Below, in pieces: positions 37,172-42,425 of a stretch of 42,425 nucleotides of DNA (positions within the stretch are counted from its first letter, which is position 1; each line of letters opens with the position of its first letter). The notes under the pieces are model-generated. The model was not told the origin of the DNA. It was given only the letters and a program-made list of their open reading frames with translations, and did not search any database. The position numbers and the translations under genes are program-made. Source of the stretch: Candidatus Nanoarchaeia archaeon (lineage in GTDB: Archaea > Nanobdellota > Nanobdellia > Pacearchaeales > GW2011-AR1); contig JBGQNO010000005.1 in the NCBI GenBank assembly GCA_041501125.1, forward strand, positions 1 through 42,425, read 5' to 3'.

Positions 37172-38608
37172 ATGGCAAAGAAGTTTTACATCACAACAGC
37201 AATTGACTATGTGAATGCCGAGCCCCACATAGGACATGCATATCAGAAAATCATAGCTGATGCTCTCGCAAGATATCACAAATTAAAAGGCGAGCAAGTT
37301 TTCTTGCTGACTGGAACAGACGAGCACGGCCAGAAAATAGCAAGAAGCGCAGAGCAAGCCAAGCTCCCTCCAAAAGAATTCTGTGACAAGATGTCTATTA
37401 AATTCAAGAGAGCGTGGCAGGCGCTTGATATTGAATATGACAGGTTCATCAGAACAACTGATCCTGACCATGAAGCCTTTGTCCAGGAATTCATCAAAAA
37501 AGTCAATGATAACGGAGATATTTACAAAGGCGAGTATGAAGGATTGTATTGTGTTGGTTGCGAAACATTCTACACTGAAAAAGATGTTGTAAACGGATGT
37601 TGTCCTGTTCATAAAAAACCTCTTGAAAAATTAAAAGAAGACACTTACTTCTTTAAGCTCTCAAAATATCAATCTCAGTTACTTGAGCACTACAAAAAAT
37701 ATCCAAGATTTATTATGCCAGAATCACGAAAACGTGAAATAATCAACAGGATAGAAGAAGGCTTGAAGGATTTGAGCATAACACGAACAAATATCGCATG
37801 GGGTATTCCATTTCCACTGAATCCGAGCCATGTTGTCTATGTCTGGTTCGATGCACTCCTCAGTTATCTCAGCGGCGCAGGCAATAAGCAGGAATTCTGG
37901 CCAGCACAAGCTCATCTTCTTGGAAAAGATAATGGATGGTTCCATGCAGTAATTTGGCCAGCAATGCTCTTGTCAGCAGGTTACAAAATTCCAGAAACAG
38001 TTTTCATTCACGGCTTCCTTAAAGTAAATGGAGAAAAAATCAGCAAAAGTTTGGGCAATGCAATCTCTCCATTAACACTTGCAGAAAAATATGGCGCTGA
38101 TAGTGTTAGATATTTTCTTACAAGGCAGATTCCATTTGGAGAAGACGGCGATTTCTCAGAAAAATCCTTAGTTGAAAGGCATAATAATGAGCTTGCAAAC
38201 AAGTTAGGCAATCTTGTTTCCCGAGTTACAACACTTGCAGAAAAATACGGTATTAAAAAATGCAAGAATAAACTTTTGGACAAGCTGCGGTTTGAAGAAA
38301 TTAAGGAATTGATTGAGAACTACGAATTAGATAAAGCGCTTGGCTTAATTTTTGAGTTCATAGACGCATGCAATGAATACATACAAAGGGAAAAACCATG
38401 GGAAGCAAGTTACACAAATAAAGGACAGACTCTCTACGAGCTTGTCAACAGCATAAAAGCAATATCATACTTGTTATGGCCATTTATGCCTGAAACATGC
38501 GAGAAAATTGCCCAGACACTTGGCTATAAAATAAAATCTTTCAAAGATATAACAAAGCCAGTTGAAGGAAAGATTAAAAAATCAGATATTTTATTCCAGA
38601 AGATATAA
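37172..38608 (+). CDS. metG: Methionyl-tRNA synthetase catalytic part
   Basis: HIGH, TGTDEHG, YVWFDAL, KISKS. Confidence 0.96.
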   Translation: MAKKFYITTAIDYVNAEPHIGHAYQKIIADALARYHKLKGEQVFLLTGTDEHGQKIARSAEQAKLPPKEFCDKMSIKFKRAWQALDIEYDRFIRTTDPDHEAFVQEFIKKVNDNGDIYKGEYEGLYCVGCETFYTEKDVVNGCCPVHKKPLEKLKEDTYFFKLSKYQSQLLEHYKKYPRFIMPESRKREIINRIEEGLKDLSITRTNIAWGIPFPLNPSHVVYVWFDALLSYLSGAGNKQEFWPAQAHLLGKDNGWFHAVIWPAMLLSAGYKIPETVFIHGFLKVNGEKISKSLGNAISPLTLAEKYGADSVRYFLTRQIPFGEDGDFSEKSLVERHNNELANKLGNLVSRVTTLAEKYGIKKCKNKLLDKLRFEEIKELIENYELDKALGLIFEFIDACNEYIQREKPWEASYTNKGQTLYELVNSIKAISYLLWPFMPETCEKIAQTLGYKIKSFKDITKPVEGKIKKSDILFQKI

Positions 38609-38609
38609 A

Positions 38610-38945
38610 ATGGAAACCATAACCTACGACGATTTTGCAAAACTTGACCTGCGTGTAGCAAAAATCCTTGATGCAGATGACATTCCGGGTGCTGACAAGC
38701 TTTACAAACTGACAATTGACCTGGGAGAACTTGGCAAAAGAACAATCTGCGCAGGAATCAAGCAGCACTACAAAAAAGAGGATTTGATTGGAAAAGAAAT
38801 TGTTGTTGTAGCCAACCTTGAAGCAAGAAAAATGAAAGCCGTGGAAAGCCAGGGCATGCTTCTTGCAGCATCAACAGAAAATCATGAAAAAGTCATTCTT
38901 CTAAAGCCAGAAAAGGTAATCGAGCCGGGTTCTAAGGTTCAGTGA
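38610..38945 (+). CDS. Stand-alone tRNA-binding OB domain (MetRS C-terminal/Trbp111-like)
   Basis: DDFAKLDLRV, VANL..RKM, SQGMLLA; starts 1 bp after metG stop. Confidence 0.9.
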   Translation: METITYDDFAKLDLRVAKILDADDIPGADKLYKLTIDLGELGKRTICAGIKQHYKKEDLIGKEIVVVANLEARKMKAVESQGMLLAASTENHEKVILLKPEKVIEPGSKVQ

Positions 38946-38955
38946 TATTTCTTAT

Positions 38956-39348
38956 TTAACGAGACAAATTTTTTTGAAGGTCTTCTTCAGTTACTGAGTC
39001 AATAATTTTCATATAATTCTTTGTTTTGTAAACATCACCCTCCGTCCCCATAACTTTGTCAGAAACATGATCCCCTTTTAGCATCTCAGCCAGCTCATAT
39101 TTTCTAAGCTTTTTTGCAATTCTTGCAGCATCCTCTTCAAAAGAAAATGCCTGAAGATAATAGCCAAATGCATCAGCATAAAATCTCAAAGCATAAAATA
39201 AATCGCTGATGTCTCTTTCATTTGTCTTTACATCCTGGACTATCTTGTCTGCTATATCCTCGAGTTTTCTTCCTTCTTCCAGTTTTTCAACTAACGAATC
39301 TGCGATATCCCATAATTTTATTTCTTCATACTCTTCATCAGACATCAT
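38956..39348 (-). CDS. Hypothetical acidic protein
   Basis: ORF with TATA-like box ~23 bp upstream of ATG 39348. Confidence 0.65.
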   Translation of the reverse strand: MMSDEEYEEIKLWDIADSLVEKLEEGRKLEDIADKIVQDVKTNERDISDLFYALRFYADAFGYYLQAFSFEEDAARIAKKLRKYELAEMLKGDHVSDKVMGTEGDVYKTKNYMKIIDSVTEEDLQKNLSR

Positions 39349-39393
39349 GGCATAATGACGCACAACATGCCTATAAAAACTTTTGCTTCAGAA

Positions 39394-40110
39394 TTAAGGT
39401 TTAATAAAATAAAATACTTCGTTGCCTTTCAATTCTTTTGTAAATTTCAGTTTAAGCTCTGAAAGCATCTTTTCAAACCATGTCCTTTCTTTCAATTGTC
39501 CTCTGCCGCTCAAGCTTATATTAGAAAAACTTGCAATTATCAGTTTAGTTTTCAAAGAAATTCTTTGAAGCAAGCTTTTTGTAATATTTCGTTCAACATC
39601 TTCCAGAGCATCAAACACTTTCAGGCATAGGTAAACGTCTGCTGATTCAGGCTCAATATTAATAGCATCTTCACTTTCAACTTCTGCATTTAATTTCTTT
39701 TCCTTGGCAAACCTGTTTACAAAATTGACAACAGCTTCATCAATTTCATACCCTTTGTACTCCATAGGCAAGTATTCATTGTAATAAAAGGCAAGTAGGT
39801 TAAAGCCACAGCCCAAATCAACAATTTTTTTACTGCATGCAATTCTCTCAAGCAGCCATGGATAGATATCTGCCCGTTCTCTTGTAGAACGGTGCATCTC
39901 CAAGAGTTCTTTAGAAAACTCCAAAGTCTTGAATTTCTTGTAAAATTTCAGAGGCAGGGCAGAAACTGATATTTTCCTAAGCTTAGCCCTGACAAGTTTT
40001 ACTTTATCTTCATCAATATCAGCTTTAATCAATCCCGCAAGTTTTCTGACAAACTTTGCATTAACATGCTTGTACGGAGATTTTTCCATTATTTTTTCAA
40101 CTATATCCAT
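39394..40110 (-). CDS. ArmA/Rmt (FmrO family)-like 16S rRNA methyltransferase
   Basis: HRSTRER, DLGCGFN, YEID, D..L.LK.FDALE, ASF...SLSGR. Confidence 0.75.
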   Translation of the reverse strand: MDIVEKIMEKSPYKHVNAKFVRKLAGLIKADIDEDKVKLVRAKLRKISVSALPLKFYKKFKTLEFSKELLEMHRSTRERADIYPWLLERIACSKKIVDLGCGFNLLAFYYNEYLPMEYKGYEIDEAVVNFVNRFAKEKKLNAEVESEDAINIEPESADVYLCLKVFDALEDVERNITKSLLQRISLKTKLIIASFSNISLSGRGQLKERTWFEKMLSELKLKFTKELKGNEVFYFIKP

Positions 40111-40148
40111 GAAAACTTTAATAAAACAAGAGATTTAAAGTTTAGTAA

Positions 40149-40273
40149 GGGGCTGTGGTCTAGCCTAGTATGATCCGAGCTTCGGGTGAGGAATCTCGCG
40201 AGACATAGAATATTTGTATTCCGAGAGAGATTCGGAACAGTTCGTGACCCGGGTGCGAATCTGGACAGTCCCA
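40149..40273 (+). tRNA. tRNA-Pro(CGG) with 52-nt intron (40187-40238)
   Basis: Acceptor GGGGCTG/CAGTCCC, anticodon stem CGAGC/GTTCG, TTCG/CGGA central BHB helix; T arm atypical. Confidence 0.8.
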
Positions 40274-40384
40274 CTTCACATTCCACAGCTGAGAAAACCC
40301 TTGGTTTTCGAGGTGCTCAGAAATTCTTTTGGAATTTCTGACATGAGGAATGCCTTCAGGCATCCGCAACAAGAGAATGTGAAG
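40274..40384. repeat. Multibranch inverted-repeat element directly after tRNA-Pro (family B related)
   Basis: CTTCACATTC/GAATGTGAAG outer stem enclosing three hairpins; ACATGAGGAA, TCCGCA and CAACAAGAG shared with 27698-27765. Confidence 0.75.
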
Positions 40385-40589
40385 TTAGATTAGAATTAAG
40401 GCAAGAGCAAGTCAGAATTAGTGATTATGAGTATTTGCCAGTTTTAAGGCGTATTAGTCCTTTAAACGAGGGTTTTAGACCCTAGTTTTGGCTAAAATTA
40501 GACAAAAACCAAAAACAAACACAAGATATAAATACCTCGAATTGTTAGTAAAGTTCTCTCTCTTTTTATGTTTCAAAGGAGTGAGAAAC

Positions 40590-41024
40590 ATGGAAAAAAT
40601 TATTCAACAGAAGATTAGTGCTGACCACCTCTTGTATTCAAGCTTAAAGTATACTAAGACTACAGATGTAATTCTCAATTTACTCTTTAGATGGCGAAAC
40701 CTGATTGATGAAGGTGTGGAAAAGATGCTTGAAAAAGCCAAGAAAATGAAAAAGCTCAAGTCTATTCCAACAGCGCCAAAGCTAAGGATAGAAAAGATTC
40801 AGGAACTTGCTATCAGAAATGATATTGTGCTTAAAACAATCGATTTATACAAGTTCCTGAGGCAGGCAGAAACCGCTGAAAAAGTCCGTGAGAATGAATT
40901 CAGGAAAAACGTTGCCTTAAGAATCATGTACATGGGCAATTGGCAGGTCGTTGACCTGGAAAAGCTAAAAGAATTCAATGTTATCATCGAAAATTTTGTC
41001 AATTACCTGAGAACACTCAGCTGA
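40590..41024 (+). CDS. Hypothetical protein
   Basis: ADHLLY.SLKYTKTTDVI, RENEFRKNV; AAGGAGTG upstream of ATG 40590. Confidence 0.75.
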   Translation: MEKIIQQKISADHLLYSSLKYTKTTDVILNLLFRWRNLIDEGVEKMLEKAKKMKKLKSIPTAPKLRIEKIQELAIRNDIVLKTIDLYKFLRQAETAEKVRENEFRKNVALRIMYMGNWQVVDLEKLKEFNVIIENFVNYLRTLS

Positions 41025-41083
41025 TTCTTGTTTATCATCGAAGGAGCATAAGATTTATATATCAAATTCTAATACCTTTGCTT

Positions 41084-41845
41084 ATGGCAAAAGTTTGCGC
41101 AGTCATTTCAGGAAAAGGCGGTGTAGGAAAAACAACTACAGTAGTTAATTTAGGAGCTGCGTTAAATAAGTTCAATGAAGATGTAGTCATTGTTGATACT
41201 AATCTTACAACGCCAAATATTGGGCTGCATTTCGGTGCTCCAATAGTCCCAGTTTCATTAAACCATGTCTTGCAGGGAAAAGCAGATATCGAAGAAGCAG
41301 TCTATGAACACGAATCCGGAACAAAAATCATTCCAGCCTCATTGTCATTGAAAGACCTGAAAAAAATCAAGCTTGATAACTTATACGATGTTGCAAAAGA
41401 ATTAAAGAAAACTTACAGTTATGTGATTCTTGATTCAGCAGCCGGGCTTGGTGATGAAGTTAAAGCTGCAATAGAAGCATGCGACGAAGTTTTTGTTGTA
41501 ACAAATCCAAATATTCTTGCGGTTACAGATGCTTTGAAAGCGATAAAGCTTGCAGAAGACTTAGACAGGCCTGTTAAAGGTATAATTATAACAAGGGTCA
41601 AGGATGATGAGACAGAAATGTCCGTTGATGGTGTTTTAGAAATGCTTGAAAAGCCTCTTCTTGGCATAATTCCAGAAGATAAGCAGGTTCCATTGTCTTT
41701 AAACAAAAAAAATGCAGTAGTTAATACCAAGCCAAGAAGCAAGGCCTCAAGAGCCTATATTGACATTGCAGCAAGAATGCTTGGTAGAAAGAAGAAAGAA
41801 GCCGGATTTTTTGGAAGGATTCTCGATATTTTCAGCTTCAGATAA
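41084..41845 (+). CDS. minD: MinD family ATPase
   Basis: SGKGGVGKTT, DSAAGLG, C-terminal amphipathic GFFGRILDIF. Confidence 0.93.
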   Translation: MAKVCAVISGKGGVGKTTTVVNLGAALNKFNEDVVIVDTNLTTPNIGLHFGAPIVPVSLNHVLQGKADIEEAVYEHESGTKIIPASLSLKDLKKIKLDNLYDVAKELKKTYSYVILDSAAGLGDEVKAAIEACDEVFVVTNPNILAVTDALKAIKLAEDLDRPVKGIIITRVKDDETEMSVDGVLEMLEKPLLGIIPEDKQVPLSLNKKNAVVNTKPRSKASRAYIDIAARMLGRKKKEAGFFGRILDIFSFR

Positions 41846-41891
41846 AGCATAAGAACACATAAAAACCATTTCTTATTTAATATCATAGCAA

Positions 41892-41963
41892 GATCCCGTG
41901 GTCTAGCGGCACGACGTCTCCCTCACACGGAGAAGATTCGAGGTTCAACTCCTCGCGGGATCA
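41892..41963 (+). tRNA. tRNA-Val(CAC)
   Basis: Acceptor GATCCCG/CGGGATC, anticodon arm TCTCC-CT-CAC-AC-GGAGA. Confidence 0.94.
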
Positions 41964-42087
41964 TGTTTGTTCATCGCAGAATTGAAGCCCGCAGTAGCAA
42001 CGAGGAGCTTCAAGACAAGAATGAATCAAACATAGTCTATCCGCAGTAAGCAATGTCGAACATCGTAAGCAAGAGCGAATCAAACAT
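41964..42087. repeat. Family B structured repeat plus degenerate tandem partial copy, directly after tRNA-Val
   Basis: TGTTTGTTCAT/ATGAATCAAACA and TTGAAGC/GCTTCAA stems; CCGCAGTA and CAAGA..GAATCAAACAT each occur twice. Confidence 0.7.
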
Positions 42088-42090
42088 TCG

Positions 42091-42425
42091 TCAGCCCGTC
42101 GAATTCCACTTGCATCCAATCTTGTTCTCAATCGCGTATGCCTCAGCCTGTCTTACTTCGTCATCATACTTGCCTGAGTTTGCTGTGGAAAGCCTTGCAA
42201 CAGCCAGTCCCTCTCGCACCATCTGAATATCAACATTCACGCCATCTAAAATAATATATCTTAGATATCTTCCATACATGTCCTTGTTTTCATCTGTCTG
42301 TTCCAAGATTACTTGCTTATCAAGAACAAGTGCTTCAAGTCTTTTCTTTGCGACATTGTAGCACGGATACCCTTTTTCATCACTATCCATTCCCAAAAGT
42401 CTTATAGTGTCTCCGCCACTTACCA
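42091..42425 (-). CDS. Thermonuclease (SNase) family protein, 5' truncated by window end
   Basis: IRLLGMD..E, DMYGRYLRY, MVREGLA, A......GCKW. Confidence 0.88.
   Translation of the reverse strand, partial: VSGGDTIRLLGMDSDEKGYPCYNVAKKRLEALVLDKQVILEQTDENKDMYGRYLRYIILDGVNVDIQMVREGLAVARLSTANSGKYDDEVRQAEAYAIENKIGCKWNSTG

Noticed and set aside
40101-40372. Two short minus-strand ORFs
   Set aside because: Antisense to tRNA-Pro and its hairpin trailer
1-42425. Alternative genetic code
   Set aside because: Conserved genes are full length and end at TAA, TAG or TGA under the standard code

Overview
AT-rich archaeal chromosomal segment, most consistent with a DPANN lineage (Pacearchaeota/Woesearchaeota-like; inferred from gene content, compact leaderless TATA promoters and protein style). 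Housekeeping content: deoxyhypusine synthase, TFS, ATP-dependent DNA ligase, gatD, a short gatE, non-discriminating aspS, gatC/gatA, taw3, ftsZ, aIF-1A, Dim2-like KH protein, rpl15e, split metG, minD and six tRNAs (Lys, Asn with two introns, Ile, Gly, Pro with one intron, Val). Main unexplained signals: (1) a 19-bp pseudo-palindrome (consensus about GTAACT-N7-AGTKAC) sitting exactly 11 bp upstream of the TATA box of four accessory transcription units (small wHTH regulator; nucleotidyltransferase + receiver domain; membrane-anchored beta-barrel-like protein; small ORF + metallophosphoesterase), suggesting an undescribed activator regulon; (2) a single-pass membrane protein ending in an 8-stranded outer-membrane-type beta-barrel-like domain; (3) two families of dispersed, structured intergenic repeats with compensatory base changes; (4) an ArmA/Rmt-like 16S rRNA methyltransferase. 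No CRISPR array, rRNA, transposase or integrase was seen. All calls are from reading the sequence; no searches were run.
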